From positions 96 through 64,095 of the forward strand of contig CAUJEF010000140.1 in NCBI GenBank assembly GCA_963169515.1: a stretch of DNA of 64,000 nucleotides, given 5' to 3'. The position numbers were made by a program, and so were the translations under genes. Shown one piece after another: positions 18,458 to 28,936 of this stretch. Numbering within the stretch: the first letter of the stretch is position 1; every line of letters starts with the position of its first letter. This DNA comes from Bdellovibrionota bacterium. Lineage in GTDB: Bacteria > Bdellovibrionota > Bdellovibrionia > Bdellovibrionales > JAEYZS01. The notes under the pieces were generated by a model. The model had not been told where the DNA came from and made no database searches. It saw nothing but the letters and a program-made list of their open reading frames with translations.

Positions 18458-18826
18458 TTACAGAACCTCAGGGGCTAAAGAGATAATTTTCACAAATTGT
18501 TTCGCACGAAGCTCTCTTGCCACTGGTCCGAAAATCCGTGTTCCTAGCGGTTCTTTATCCGGCTTAATCAATACAGCCGAGTTGTCATCAAAACGAATAT
18601 AGCTGCCGTCTGGACGACGAATTTTACTTTTTGTTCTAACAATTACAGCTTTGGCTACGTCGCCTTTTTTTACTTTAGACTGAGGGGTCGCTTCTTTAAT
18701 AGAGACAACAATAATATCTCCAATGCTTGCCACGCGACGCTTGGAGCCACCCAAAACTTTAACACACATAACCTCCTTCGCTCCGGAGTTATCTGCGACT
18801 TTTAATCTTGTTTGCATTTGAATCAT
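18458..18826 (-). CDS. rplN: 50S ribosomal protein L14
   Basis: 122 aa. [28 protein letters not shown]... Confidence 0.97.
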   Translation of the reverse strand: MIQMQTRLKVADNSGAKEVMCVKVLGGSKRRVASIGDIIVVSIKEATPQSKVKKGDVAKAVIVRTKSKIRRPDGSYIRFDDNSAVLIKPDKEPLGTRIFGPVARELRAKQFVKIISLAPEVL

Positions 18827-18871
18827 ATAATTACCGCCAAATTTTCATTTAATCAGTGTTCAAACTGATTA

Positions 18872-19165
18872 TTAAATTTCTACTTCCAATTCCTTAGGAG
18901 CCTTTTCAATAATTTTAATTAGCTTCCATCGCTTTGTTTTACTCAATGGACGAGTCTCATAAATCAACACTTTATCACCTGTTGATGCTTCATTTTTTTC
19001 GTCATGAACTTTAAATGTGGTAAAGCTCGTAATGTACTTTCCATAGCGTTGATGTTTCATATACCTGTCCACTTCAACTGTGATGGTTTTATCCATTTTG
19101 TCACTTATGACAGTCCCGGTATATTCGCTACGTCGGCCACGGCCTTCAGTTCTATTTTGACTCAT
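18872..19165 (-). CDS. rpsQ: 30S ribosomal protein S17
   Basis: 97 aa. ...GTVISDKMDKTITVEVDRYMKHQRYGKY... Confidence 0.94.
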   Translation of the reverse strand: MSQNRTEGRGRRSEYTGTVISDKMDKTITVEVDRYMKHQRYGKYITSFTTFKVHDEKNEASTGDKVLIYETRPLSKTKRWKLIKIIEKAPKELEVEI

Positions 19166-19168
19166 AGA

Positions 19169-19360
19169 TTAATTCCCTAGTTTTTGCGAAATTGCCGTCA
19201 TAATTCGAGCAATTTCGCGTCGTTTTGTACGAATTTCTAGAGGATTGTTCACTTGTCCTAAAGAATTTTTCATCTTCAAGCTGAACGACTCATCTTTTAA
19301 TTCGCGTAGTTTTTTACTTAACTCGTTAACCGTTAGATCTTTTACTTGGTTAAATTTCAT
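19169..19360 (-). CDS. rpmC: 50S ribosomal protein L29
   Basis: 63 aa, in the conserved position between rplP and rpsQ. ...LRELKDESFSLKMKNSLGQ... Confidence 0.92.
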   Translation of the reverse strand: MKFNQVKDLTVNELSKKLRELKDESFSLKMKNSLGQVNNPLEIRTKRREIARIMTAISQKLGN

Positions 19361-19363
19361 ACA

Positions 19364-19771
19364 CTATGCCCTCGCCAAAAATTTCGTTTTAAGAGGCAAT
19401 TTGTGGCCAGCCAAACGGAAAGCCTCAAAGGCCTGTTCGCGAGTCACGCCGTTCATCTCAAAAAGAACCGCGCCCGCACGAATCGAGGCCGCCCAGTATT
19501 CTGGGTTACCTTTACCACTGCCCATTCGAGTTTCCGCTGCCTTTTTTGTAATTGATTTCTGAGGGAAAATTCGAATCCAAATTTTTCCACCCCGCTTGAT
19601 TGATCGGCTGATTGCAATACGGCTTGCTTCTAACTGGCGGTCAGTGATGAAACCAGGCTCAATCGCTTGTAATGCAAAGTCACCAAAAGTGAGATCACTA
19701 CCTCGAGTTTCGTAACCTTTTCTTCTGCCAATATGTGGTTTTCTCCACTTAACTTTTTTAGGGCTGAGCAC
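19364..19771 (-). CDS. rplP: 50S ribosomal protein L16
   Basis: 135 aa. [19 protein letters not shown]...EAARIA-like ...GKIWIRIFP... Confidence 0.96.
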   Translation of the reverse strand: MLSPKKVKWRKPHIGRRKGYETRGSDLTFGDFALQAIEPGFITDRQLEASRIAISRSIKRGGKIWIRIFPQKSITKKAAETRMGSGKGNPEYWAASIRAGAVLFEMNGVTREQAFEAFRLAGHKLPLKTKFLARA

Positions 19772-20423
19772 GTTGTCCCTCTCTTACTTCTTTTGCAGTT
19801 AAAATATCACCTTTATAGACCCAAACTTTAACCCCAATTAAACCATAGCCGGTTAAAGCCTCGGCCGTTCCATAATCCACATCCGCACGCAACGTATGGA
19901 GTGGGATACTCTTTTCAGAGTACCACTCGCTGCGCGCAATCTCGGCGCCATCTAAGCGGCCACCCACTTTAATTTTAATCCCACGAACACCCACACGAAT
20001 TGACGCCTGCATTGCCTTTTTCACCGCTCGCCGCCACGAAATACGCTTTTCCAATTGAATCGCAATGTTTTCAGCGATTAGCTGTGCATCCATATCTGGC
20101 TTGCGAACTTCATGGATGTTCAAGAAAACTTCATTTTTTGTTAACTTTTGAACCTCAGCCTTTACGCTGTCGATTCCGGTTCCCTTTTTACCTATTACAA
20201 CACCTGGGCGAGCTGTTGAAATTGTAATTTTAATTTTATTCGCAGCGCGCTCCATTTCGATCTTTGCAACACCTGCGTGTTTTAGTTTTTCTTTAATAAA
20301 TTTACGAAGTTTAAAATCCTCGTGAAGTTGAGTCACGTACAATGGACCTTTTGCAAACCATCGCGAATCCCAAGTCCTGATAACGCCTACTCTTAAACCT
20401 ATCGGGTTAACCTTTTGTCCCAC
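19758..20423 (-). CDS. rpsC: 30S ribosomal protein S3
   Basis: 221 aa. [13 protein letters not shown]...KH domain...[14 protein letters not shown]. Confidence 0.97.
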   Translation of the reverse strand: MGQKVNPIGLRVGVIRTWDSRWFAKGPLYVTQLHEDFKLRKFIKEKLKHAGVAKIEMERAANKIKITISTARPGVVIGKKGTGIDSVKAEVQKLTKNEVFLNIHEVRKPDMDAQLIAENIAIQLEKRISWRRAVKKAMQASIRVGVRGIKIKVGGRLDGAEIARSEWYSEKSIPLHTLRADVDYGTAEALTGYGLIGVKVWVYKGDILTAKEVREGQRAQP

Positions 20424-20425
20424 GA

Positions 20426-20764
20426 CTACCTCTCTTCCAACACAACATTGATGTGGCTCATTTGCTTCCTGATTTCAGCCGCACGACCTTGAGCTCTAGG
20501 AACGTAACGCTTCATAATTGGGCCTTTATCTACAAAAATCGACTTCACGTAGAGATTATCGACATCGATCACTTGCTTTTGCTCGGCATTTGCTACCGCT
20601 GATTCGATCAATTTCTTAATCATGATCGCACCCTTTTTATTTATGAATGCAAGTGTCTTCAGAGCTTCATTTACATCCTTGCCGCGAACCATATCGGCTA
20701 CAAGACGGGCTTTCTGAGACCCTACTCGTGCATAACTTAATTTTGCTTTAACTTCCATACGCAT
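20426..20764 (-). CDS. rplV: 50S ribosomal protein L22
   Basis: 112 aa. ...SQKARLVADMVRGKDVNEAL...PRAQGRAAEIRKQMSHI. Confidence 0.95.
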   Translation of the reverse strand: MRMEVKAKLSYARVGSQKARLVADMVRGKDVNEALKTLAFINKKGAIMIKKLIESAVANAEQKQVIDVDNLYVKSIFVDKGPIMKRYVPRAQGRAAEIRKQMSHINVVLEER

Positions 20765-21051
20765 TAACCTTCTTTAGTTGTTTCAGTAGCTTTTTTAAGA
20801 GGGTGACCACGGAACTCACGGGTGGGGGCAAATTCCCCAAGTTTGTGTCCGATCATATTTTCACCGATATATACTGGAATAAATTTTCTGCCGTTATGAA
20901 CCGCAAATGTTAAGCCGACCATATCAGGAATAATAACAGACCTACGTGACCATGTTTTGATTACTTTTTTGTTTCCACTTTCGTTTGCAACCACAACTTT
21001 TTTCACTAGATGGTCATCAATGAATGGACCTTTTTTTAAACTTCTTGCCAC
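20764..21051 (-). CDS. rpsS: 30S ribosomal protein S19
   Basis: 95 aa. [15 protein letters not shown]...[16 protein letters not shown]. Confidence 0.97.
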   Translation of the reverse strand: MARSLKKGPFIDDHLVKKVVVANESGNKKVIKTWSRRSVIIPDMVGLTFAVHNGRKFIPVYIGENMIGHKLGEFAPTREFRGHPLKKATETTKEG

Positions 21052-21120
21052 AAATTCTCCTTACCTAACTTTGTCCTTCTTTTATTGCCCGCTTGCCCTT
21101 CAGCAAATGGACTTAGAAAT

Positions 21121-21945
21121 CTATTTTTGATTTCTACGCTTTATAATCATGCTGTTTGTACGTTTATTATGCCTTGTTTTATAGCCCTTACACGGTTGTC
21201 CCCATGGAGTTACCGGATGGTGACCTTTACCCACGCCCTCTCCACCACCCAGCGGGTGGTCGATAGGATTCATTGCCATACCTCGGACAGCTGGCCGAAC
21301 GCCCAGCCATCGGCGACGACCGGCCTTACCAATTTTAATATTTTCATTGTCCGTATTCCCAACTTGTCCAACCGAAGCTCTACAAACACTCAATACTTTT
21401 CGCACTTCATTTGAAGGCAGCTTTACTAAACAATATTTTCCCTCTTTAGAAACAAGCGAAGCCATGATGCCTGCAGCTTTTGCTACCTGGCCACCTTTTC
21501 CAGGACGCAATTCAACATTGTGAATAATTGTACCAACAGGAATGTTCTCAAGTTTTAGGGAGTTTCCGGGCTTAATGTCTGCTTTGTCTCCAGACAAAAC
21601 TTCATCACCGACGTTTAAGCCAATCGGAGCAAGTATGTAAGCCTTTTCTCCGTCTTTATAATGAATGAGCGCAATCCGGCAGGTTCTATTCGGATCATAT
21701 TCAATCGCCACAACCTTTCCAGGAACGTCTAATTTCGTGCGCTTAAAATCAATGAGTCTATATTTGCGCTTATGTCCACCACCAACGTGTCTCATCGTAA
21801 TTATGCCCGTATTGTTGCGGGCCCCTGCCTTACGAAGGGATACCGTTAATGACTTTTCTGGTTTTGCTTTTGTAACTTCAGAAAAATCGAAACTAACTGT
21901 GCCTCTTAAGCTTTTTGTGACTGGACGGTATGTTCTAATTCCCAT
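21121..21945 (-). CDS. rplB: 50S ribosomal protein L2
   Basis: 274 aa. ...[15 protein letters not shown]...[13 protein letters not shown]... Confidence 0.97.
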   Translation of the reverse strand: MGIRTYRPVTKSLRGTVSFDFSEVTKAKPEKSLTVSLRKAGARNNTGIITMRHVGGGHKRKYRLIDFKRTKLDVPGKVVAIEYDPNRTCRIALIHYKDGEKAYILAPIGLNVGDEVLSGDKADIKPGNSLKLENIPVGTIIHNVELRPGKGGQVAKAAGIMASLVSKEGKYCLVKLPSNEVRKVLSVCRASVGQVGNTDNENIKIGKAGRRRWLGVRPAVRGMAMNPIDHPLGGGEGVGKGHHPVTPWGQPCKGYKTRHNKRTNSMIIKRRNQK

Positions 21946-21947
21946 TT

Positions 21948-22229
21948 TTATACCCCCTCAAAAAGACCGATTTTCTCACCGGCTTTGAGTTTTACGAGAG
22001 CTTTTTTCCAATAAGCAACTTTGCTGACCTTTTGCATTCCGCTGCGACGTTCACGTCCGCGACAAACCATTGTGCGAACGCTGTCAACTTTTACTCTAAA
22101 GGCTTTCTCTATCGCTCTTTTTATTTCGTCTTTGCGTGCATTGCGCGTAACTTCGAAGGCATAAACACCACCCGCGCTGTGAACCGTATTTTTTTCTGTA
22201 ACCAAAGGTTTTTTAATAACGCCAAACAT
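21948..22229 (-). CDS. rplW: 50S ribosomal protein L23
   Basis: 93 aa, in the conserved position between rplD and rplB. ...PLVTEKNT...FEV...A.K.EIK.AIEKAF.VKV. Confidence 0.93.
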   Translation of the reverse strand: MFGVIKKPLVTEKNTVHSAGGVYAFEVTRNARKDEIKRAIEKAFRVKVDSVRTMVCRGRERRSGMQKVSKVAYWKKALVKLKAGEKIGLFEGV

Positions 22230-22230
22230 A

Positions 22231-22869
22231 TTATGCTCCTGTGATTCCTGCTTTTGCCAAAATCCCCTTAAACGAAGACTCCGTTACAATCGCGCAATCG
22301 TATTTTAATAAATCAAATACGTTCAGGCCTGCAACAGGTTGGTACGTGAATGTTTTTAAATTTTTTGAAGCACGACTAAAAAGGTCGTCCCTTGTGGCAT
22401 CGACAAGTACTGATTTTTCAACGCCGAATTTTTTTAAACGTGCAGACAGTTCCTTTGTTTTTCCATCTTTTGAGGTCATGTCTTTGACAACAAACAAACG
22501 CCCTTCGCGAGCAAGGTGGGCAAGAGCCGTTTTAAGGCCTGCTTTTTTGACTTTTTTAGGAAGCGTGTATGAATAATCGCGAGTTTTGGGTCCAAAAGTG
22601 ATGCCTCCACCAGCCATTAATGGAGAGCGGATTGAGCCCTGGCGGGCTTCGCCCGTTCCTTTTTGTTTGAATGGTTTTTTGCCGCCGCCGCGAACCTCAC
22701 CTTTTCTCAAAGTGCTTGCAGTACCCTGCCGTTTACAAGCTTGTTGCCACTTAACAACTTCTTGTAATAGGTCCATACGGAGCGGAGTATCCATAAGTTC
22801 TGCTGGAACACTCACCGATCCAACTTCTTTTTTATTCCAATCATAAACTGCTAATTGATTTTTTGCCAT
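22231..22869 (-). CDS. rplD: 50S ribosomal protein L4
   Basis: 212 aa. ...RQGTASTLRKGEVRGGGKKPFKQKGTGEARQGS... Confidence 0.96.
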   Translation of the reverse strand: MAKNQLAVYDWNKKEVGSVSVPAELMDTPLRMDLLQEVVKWQQACKRQGTASTLRKGEVRGGGKKPFKQKGTGEARQGSIRSPLMAGGGITFGPKTRDYSYTLPKKVKKAGLKTALAHLAREGRLFVVKDMTSKDGKTKELSARLKKFGVEKSVLVDATRDDLFSRASKNLKTFTYQPVAGLNVFDLLKYDCAIVTESSFKGILAKAGITGA

Positions 22870-22878
22870 AATCTACAC

Positions 22879-23538
22879 CTACATCTTCAACAATCGAACA
22901 AGTGAGTTGGCAGCGCCTGGAACTGGGCCTTTAACCAAAATGACGTTTTCATCCGGAATAACATCGCACACTTTTACGTTAATATTTGTGATAACCTCGT
23001 CACCAAAATGGCCAGGAAATCTTTTGCCGGGCATTACCCGAGCAGGCCATGTCCGGTTACCCGCTGACCCCGGACGTCTATGAAAACCTGATCCGTGAGC
23101 CGCCGGTCCACCTGCAAAATTATAGCGTTTTACAACCCCGGCGAACCCGTGGCCTTTCGAGTTTGATGTGATTTTCACCATGTCCCCTTTTGCGAGGCTC
23201 GCAATGGAAACTTTCTGCCCTTTTTCAATACCAGCCGGTAAATCTTGGCGAACTTCCCTAGTGAAATAGGCGCCATTTTCAAAGCCAGTACCTTTAAGAT
23301 GGTTTTTTTCCGCTAACGAAGTTCTTCCATCACGTTTTGGATCAAATGCAACCTGAACTGCTGTGTATCCATCTTTTTCGTTTGTTTTAACTTGAGAAAC
23401 AATCATCGGTTCGTACCGAAGTGCCGTTACCGGGATTGCCACGCCACCGTCGTAAATTGTGGACATTCCAATTTTAAATGCGAAGAGACCTGCAAGCTTC
23501 AAGTCGCCTGTGTTCTCTGTTGTTTTCTCGTCGCTCAT
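22879..23538 (-). CDS. rplC: 50S ribosomal protein L3
   Basis: 219 aa. ...SKGHGFAGVVKRYNFAGGPAAHGS... Confidence 0.96.
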   Translation of the reverse strand: MSDEKTTENTGDLKLAGLFAFKIGMSTIYDGGVAIPVTALRYEPMIVSQVKTNEKDGYTAVQVAFDPKRDGRTSLAEKNHLKGTGFENGAYFTREVRQDLPAGIEKGQKVSIASLAKGDMVKITSNSKGHGFAGVVKRYNFAGGPAAHGSGFHRRPGSAGNRTWPARVMPGKRFPGHFGDEVITNINVKVCDVIPDENVILVKGPVPGAANSLVRLLKM

Positions 23539-23611
23539 ACCTCTTCCTTTATAGTGGCAGTCTACCTTAAAGACCGCGCTGTTAAATGGTGTGACCGCTT
23601 ATGCGGTCCAA

Positions 23612-23929
23612 CTATACTGTTGACAGTTTTATCTCGACGTCTACGCCTGCAGACAAATCGAGCTTCATCAACTGGTCGATTGTTTGTTGTGATGGTTCTA
23701 AAATATCTAATAATCTTTTATGGGTTCGAATTTCAAATTGCTCACGAGATTTTTTATCAACGTGTGGCGAACGCAACACTGTGTAGCGATTGATTCGTGT
23801 TGGCAGAGGAATTGGTCCCGACACCACAGCGCCAGTACGTCGAGCCGTATCAACGATCTCTTTTGTAGATTGATCAAGAAGCTTGTGATCAAAAGCTCTT
23901 AAACGAATTCTGATTTTCTGACTTTGCAT
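23612..23929 (-). CDS. rpsJ: 30S ribosomal protein S10
   Basis: 105 aa. [21 protein letters not shown]...PLPT...[16 protein letters not shown]. Confidence 0.97.
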   Translation of the reverse strand: MQSQKIRIRLRAFDHKLLDQSTKEIVDTARRTGAVVSGPIPLPTRINRYTVLRSPHVDKKSREQFEIRTHKRLLDILEPSQQTIDQLMKLDLSAGVDVEIKLSTV

Positions 23930-24047
23930 AAAAAAATTCCCTCTTGATGCTTAATGATCTGCAAAAACACAGACACAGCACCTAAAAAAATCGATAAAAT
24001 GTGTAACAGATTCACCCGGGTTAATTAGTGGCCTGTACAGATGGGCT

Positions 24048-24077
24048 AATATGCATCCGGCGCATCGCGAATGTCAA
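24048..24077 (-). promoter_or_regulatory. Putative sigma-70 promoter for the S10 operon
   Basis: The minus strand reads TTGACA (24077..24072), an 18-nt spacer, then CATATT (24053..24048). It lies 27 nt downstream of the fusA stop and ~115 nt upstream of the rpsJ ATG. Found by pattern match only. Confidence 0.3.
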
Positions 24078-24103
24078 AAACAATTTAGAAGGAAAACAAA
24101 TGT

Positions 24104-26200
24104 TTACAGGCGACCCAACCGGGTCAGAATTTCCACCTGAATTTTTGGGGGTACTGGTGAATAGTGACTGGGTTCCATGCTAAAAGTAGCACGACCTTGG
24201 GTTAAAGATCGTATATCGGTAGCGTAGCCGAATAGTCCCGCCAACGGGGCTTCCGCATTGATTATCTGAACATTGCCGCGCGGCATTATATTATGGACTT
24301 TACCCCGACGACTATTAAGATCGCCAACAACTGAGCCCATAAAGCTTTCGGGGGTAGTAATTTCCAACTTACTGATTGGCTCTAAAAGCTCGGGTTTCGC
24401 TTTTTGGAGCGCATCCTTTAAACCCATAGATCCAGCAACCTTAAACGCGATTTCACTGGAATCCACATCATGAAAGCTTCCACCGACCAGAGTAACCCGA
24501 ACATCAACGGTCGGATATCCGGCAAGCACACCATTTTCAAGAGATTCTTTTACGCCTTGTTGTACTGAGGGGATAAACTGTTTTGGGATTACGCCTTCCT
24601 TTATCGCACTTTTAAATTCAAATCCCTTTCCGCGCTCAAGAGGCTCTACCCTTAAAATAACATGTCCGTACTGACCATGACCGCCGGACTGCCGAATAAA
24701 TTTTCCTTCACCTTCCGCTTTTTGCCCGATGGCCTCTCGGTAAGAAACCTGTGGGCTTCCTTTGTTTACTTGAACTTTGTGTTCGCGATTTAACCGGTCG
24801 ATAATAATTTCTAAATGAAGCTCACCCATTCCAGAAATTAAAGTTTGTCCCGTTTCAGGGTCAGTTCGGATTTGGAATGACGGGTCCTCATTCATTAACT
24901 TTTGGATTGCAGTATGCATTTTGTCTTGGTCGGCTGTCGATTTCGCTTCGATCGCAACAGAGATCACAGGCTCTGGGAAACGAATCGGCTCAAGCGCTAC
25001 AGGGCGTTTCACCGAACACAATGTGTTTCCAGTGCTCGCAAGCTTTAATCCCACTATCGCGCCGATATCACCAGCTTTGAGCTCTTTTACTTCCTCGCGA
25101 GAATTTGCATGCATTTTCACAAGTTGTCCAACTCGTTCCTTTTTGCCTTTGGCAGTATTTAGTAAAGTCGTCCCCGTTTCAATTACCCCTGAGTAGACGC
25201 GGACAAAAACGAGGTTACCGTAAGAATCTGTTGCGACTTTAAATGCAAGTGCTGCAACTTCTTCGTCAAATTCTGTTCGACAAATAATTTCTTTTTCCGG
25301 TTTTTCAGGATTATGTCCAACAACAGGCGGAACATCCATCGGACTCGGAAGGTAATGAATAACCGCATCGAGCAAAGATTGAATGCCTTTATTTTTAAAT
25401 GCAGAGCCCAAGACAACTGGGAACGCTTTTAATGAAATGGTCCCTTGCCTTAGAGCCGCAATAAATTGCTCTTCAGGAATATCTTTGCCAGAGAGATAGG
25501 ACTCCATCAATTCATCATCGAACTCGACTATAGCTTCCAGTGTTTTTATTCGTAGTTCTTGAACTTTTTCTTTGAGATCTGGGGGTATCTCTGTCTCTTG
25601 GTATTTCGCATCTTTGTCTTCGCCCACCCAGATAAATGCTCTCATTTTTAAAAGATCAACATGTCCCCTGAAGTTCTCTTCCGTACCGATGGGCCACTGA
25701 AGGATAATCGGATTTGCACCCAGGCGTTCACGAATAGAATCGACAGACATCTGGAAATCTGCGCCCACTCGATCCATTTTATTAATAAAGCAAATGCGCG
25801 GAACACGATATTTATCTGCTTGCCGCCACACAGTTTCTGATTGCGGCTCTACGCCATTTACTCCGTCAAAGACGGCAACAGCGCCATCGAGCACGCGAAG
25901 TGAACGCTCCACCTCGACTGTGAAATCCACGTGTCCCGGAGTATCAATAATATTGATGCGGTGATCGCGCCAAAAGCATGTCGTCGCAGCCGCAGTGATC
26001 GTGATTCCTCGTTCTTGTTCTTGAACCATCCAATCCATGGTTGTATTGCCATCGTGAACTTCACCTATTTTGTAATTCTTCCCAGTATAATAAAGAATGC
26101 GTTCGGTCGTTGTGGTTTTACCGGCATCGATATGGGCCATTATCCCGATATTTCGGGTCCATTTCAATTCATCTATAGTTTTAGGATCACTAAATGACAT
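24104..26200 (-). CDS. fusA: Elongation factor G
   Basis: G-domain [35 protein letters not shown] at 26200 preferred ([20 protein letters not shown]...). The ORF-track start at 26248 is a TTG directly abutting the upstream stop. No clear Shine-Dalgarno for either start. Confidence 0.93.
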   Translation of the reverse strand: MSFSDPKTIDELKWTRNIGIMAHIDAGKTTTTERILYYTGKNYKIGEVHDGNTTMDWMVQEQERGITITAAATTCFWRDHRINIIDTPGHVDFTVEVERSLRVLDGAVAVFDGVNGVEPQSETVWRQADKYRVPRICFINKMDRVGADFQMSVDSIRERLGANPIILQWPIGTEENFRGHVDLLKMRAFIWVGEDKDAKYQETEIPPDLKEKVQELRIKTLEAIVEFDDELMESYLSGKDIPEEQFIAALRQGTISLKAFPVVLGSAFKNKGIQSLLDAVIHYLPSPMDVPPVVGHNPEKPEKEIICRTEFDEEVAALAFKVATDSYGNLVFVRVYSGVIETGTTLLNTAKGKKERVGQLVKMHANSREEVKELKAGDIGAIVGLKLASTGNTLCSVKRPVALEPIRFPEPVISVAIEAKSTADQDKMHTAIQKLMNEDPSFQIRTDPETGQTLISGMGELHLEIIIDRLNREHKVQVNKGSPQVSYREAIGQKAEGEGKFIRQSGGHGQYGHVILRVEPLERGKGFEFKSAIKEGVIPKQFIPSVQQGVKESLENGVLAGYPTVDVRVTLVGGSFHDVDSSEIAFKVAGSMGLKDALQKAKPELLEPISKLEITTPESFMGSVVGDLNSRRGKVHNIMPRGNVQIINAEAPLAGLFGYATDIRSLTQGRATFSMEPSHYSPVPPKIQVEILTRLGRL

Positions 26201-26248
26201 AGGAAAGATGTAGCGTAAAAAACCTTTTGATGACAAGGAATTAGACAA

Positions 26249-27235
26249 TCACAGATTAAAATTCTGTCGTCGCATACAATTATGATGTGAGCATTGATCT
26301 ACGGTACAGTATTGAAATTGTTCTTGATCACGAGGACCTTCGTTGCGGCAGTCAACCATTACCCAATGAAGTGGGTGCTGCTTTTTATCGTAAGGGTGCC
26401 AATCTCCGACACAGCCAGGCCCAAACACAAAATGTGTTTTAATTCCCAATGCAACCGATATATGACCAGGCCCAGAATCATTTGCCAAGGATTCCGTGCA
26501 TAGTGACAATGTTGCTATAAACTCTCTCAATGACAGATCATCAAACAGTGGTATTTGCAAATCCTTGCAAAGACTTGGCAGATCCCACTCTTTTGAAACA
26601 ACAGGATCACAAAGAACGATAGCATTAAAATCAGATCTGCTTTTGACATTCCGTACTTGCTTCACCCAAAGATCTTTTGGATATCTTCGCAGGTGATGGG
26701 CTGCCCCTGGAAGGAATGCAAAGACTTTTTTCTCAAGACCAATTTTATTTTTTGCAATTCTTTTTTCCTCTGGGGTGATTTCAATATGGGTTGAAACCGG
26801 CTGAATCTTCTCCCCGACTACTGCATTTATTATTTGATAGTCCCTGAGGATCGCGTTTTCCAACTTTCCAGGTTCTTTGATTGGAGTTGAAGACCAAAAC
26901 GGAGTTTTAGCCCAACTGTGGTGGTGCAAAACATTCTTTTTTGCACCCGCCAACCAAGCCCAACGACACAAGGATGTCGTTGCGTGAAAACCCAAAAGAA
27001 AGTCGAAGTGCTCTTTTCTAAAGCCAAAAAGCGCTTTTAACAGCTCTATATTCGATTTTTTTTTCAAGCCTACAGTTTTTGCAATCGCAGGATGTTTTTC
27101 CAAAACGGGAAGATTCGAGTCGTATGTGAGAGCCCAAACTTCTGAATTCGGATGCTGCTGTTTCAGAGCTTGTAGTGCCGACGTCCAAATTGCAGTATCA
27201 CCAAGCTGCCGCAATTTGATCGCCAAGATTTTCAT
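26249..27235 (-). CDS. Family 9 glycosyltransferase (LPS heptosyltransferase-like)
   Basis: 328 aa. N-terminus MKILAIKLRQLGDTAIWTSALQALKQQHP is typical of the GT9 ADP-heptose transferase fold. ...ANDSGPGHISVALG... Unusual Cys/His-rich C-terminal end. Confidence 0.7.
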   Translation of the reverse strand: MKILAIKLRQLGDTAIWTSALQALKQQHPNSEVWALTYDSNLPVLEKHPAIAKTVGLKKKSNIELLKALFGFRKEHFDFLLGFHATTSLCRWAWLAGAKKNVLHHHSWAKTPFWSSTPIKEPGKLENAILRDYQIINAVVGEKIQPVSTHIEITPEEKRIAKNKIGLEKKVFAFLPGAAHHLRRYPKDLWVKQVRNVKSRSDFNAIVLCDPVVSKEWDLPSLCKDLQIPLFDDLSLREFIATLSLCTESLANDSGPGHISVALGIKTHFVFGPGCVGDWHPYDKKQHPLHWVMVDCRNEGPRDQEQFQYCTVDQCSHHNCMRRQNFNL

Positions 27236-27244
27236 GATCTTTCC

Positions 27245-27910
27245 CTAAGCCTTTTTTCTAAGAATGACTTCGATTTGTGCGAGAACATTCCCGTACAGTT
27301 GATCCCATCCAATCGTCCTTGAAAACCATCGTTCTACAAAAATCAGCCGCGGGATCAGGTGACGCTTACGGAGACTCCGATATAACTTTCTTGCAAGCTC
27401 AATCGCCTTACTCTTTTTCTTTGGGCCGTGACCTCCGATGCGTCGATCATAACCACTGTCGTTAAGATGTAGCTTTACAATCTCAGCATCCGCAAGAGAT
27501 TGGCAAAGATCTATCACATTTATTGAGCTGGACGACCAACTTTTCTTTTTTGAAATGGTAAACGTATGTTTGTGATCATTATTAAATACGCTTGGAAATT
27601 GCCCCTGCTCGTAGAGATCTTCATCCGGAACTATAAAAAATAAATGCCCACTTGGTTTTACAAGATCCCACCAATTTGAAATGGTCGTCCGCGGATCAAA
27701 CATATGTTCCAAGCAGTGAGATGAATAAACACAATCAAACGACCCCGGTTGAAATTGAGTGATTTTGTTCGCATCACCCTGCTGCTTATCAAAGCCGAGG
27801 GCACCGGGTGTTACAGGGTCAGGCCCCGCGCCAATATCAATGATTCGTCCTTTTAAAATAGACCATTCTAATTCTGAAAATTGCCTTACCGACTTTGACG
27901 ATTCACCCAT
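27245..27910 (-). CDS. Class I SAM-dependent methyltransferase
   Basis: 221 aa. Motif I IIDIGAGPDP. Also DCVYSSHCLEHMFDP and KPSGHLFFIVPD. Substrate not inferable. Confidence 0.7.
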   Translation of the reverse strand: MGESSKSVRQFSELEWSILKGRIIDIGAGPDPVTPGALGFDKQQGDANKITQFQPGSFDCVYSSHCLEHMFDPRTTISNWWDLVKPSGHLFFIVPDEDLYEQGQFPSVFNNDHKHTFTISKKKSWSSSSINVIDLCQSLADAEIVKLHLNDSGYDRRIGGHGPKKKSKAIELARKLYRSLRKRHLIPRLIFVERWFSRTIGWDQLYGNVLAQIEVILRKKA

Positions 27911-28000
27911 GTTTTTCCAAAACTCTCAAAAATTAATAGGGCAGGGATAAACCACACTCGTATGTGAGTCATTTTAACAAATTTCAATACAAGTTAAATG

Positions 28001-28474
28001 TTACCAATTGTAGTGAGCAAAAGCCTTGTTTGCTTCGGCCATCTTATGAACGTCCTCACGCTTTTTGATTGAGTTGCCACGCTTATTGTAAGCATCCAAC
28101 AGTTCCGCAGCAACCCTTTGGGCCATAGATTTTTCACCACGTTCGCGCGCATAGTCGGTTATCCAACGGAGGGCTAATGCAAGTCTTCGCGACGGACGAA
28201 CATCAACGGGAACTTGATAAGTTGCACCGCCCACACGGCGCGATCGCACTTCTAATGAAGGTTTAATATTTTCTAAGGCTTTTTTGAAAACGGTAAGCGG
28301 CTCTTCGTTTTGGACTTTTCCTTTAAGCTCATTCAGGGCACCATACACAATGCCTTGAGCTATGCTTTTCTTCCCACTTTCCATAATCGTATTAACAAAT
28401 TTTGCAATTACAAGGTCGTTGTAAATTGGATCAGGTAGAATTTCTCTTTTTGCAGTACTTTTACGTCTAGACAT
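28001..28474 (-). CDS. rpsG: 30S ribosomal protein S7
   Basis: 157 aa. [18 protein letters not shown]...GGATYQVPV...AFAHYNW. Confidence 0.97.
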   Translation of the reverse strand: MSRRKSTAKREILPDPIYNDLVIAKFVNTIMESGKKSIAQGIVYGALNELKGKVQNEEPLTVFKKALENIKPSLEVRSRRVGGATYQVPVDVRPSRRLALALRWITDYARERGEKSMAQRVAAELLDAYNKRGNSIKKREDVHKMAEANKAFAHYNW

Positions 28475-28486
28475 TTTTAATCCTTC

Positions 28487-28867
28487 TTAAGTCGTTTTCT
28501 TTGGTCGTTTTGCGCCATATTTTGATCGACCATTTGCGCGGTTTGCAACACCTTGAGTATCAAGAACTCCGCGGATGATGTGATAGCGAACACCTGGAAG
28601 ATCTTTTACCCGGCCACCACGAATCATAACAACAGAGTGCTCTTGCAAATTGTGGCCAATGCCCGGGATGTAAGACGTTACCTCATAACCATTTGATAAA
28701 CGAACCCGCGCAACTTTTCGAAGAGCTGAATTCGGCTTTTTAGGTGTCGTAGTATATACGCGAGTACAAACTCCTCGTCGTTGCGGACAACCTGCCAAGG
28801 CTGGTGACTTTGTCCGCGCTTTTTGAAGTGTTCTTTCACGTCGAATTAGCTGGTTAATTGTAGGCAT
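28487..28867 (-). CDS. rpsL: 30S ribosomal protein S12
   Basis: 126 aa. MPTINQLIR...[20 protein letters not shown]...[13 protein letters not shown]. Confidence 0.98.
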   Translation of the reverse strand: MPTINQLIRRERTLQKARTKSPALAGCPQRRGVCTRVYTTTPKKPNSALRKVARVRLSNGYEVTSYIPGIGHNLQEHSVVMIRGGRVKDLPGVRYHIIRGVLDTQGVANRANGRSKYGAKRPKKTT

Positions 28868-28936
28868 TGTATCCCTTCATTATCTTTCTAAAAAATTAAA
28901 CAGGATGTATTACGTAACCTAAACATACACATCACG

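Noticed and set aside
23539-23611. Triple GACCGC/GACCGC/GCGGTC motif between rpsJ and rplC as a regulatory switch
   Set aside because: There is only one clean 6-bp hairpin (GACCGC-TTAT-GCGGTC). No U-tract follows, and no known regulation acts at this junction. It is probably a simple structural spacer.
26201-26248. N-terminal 16-codon extension of fusA (TTG start at 26248)
   Set aside because: The TTG is simply the first possible codon after the upstream stop. The ATG at 26200 gives an N-terminus of normal length for EF-G. Neither start has a clear Shine-Dalgarno, so this remains uncertain.
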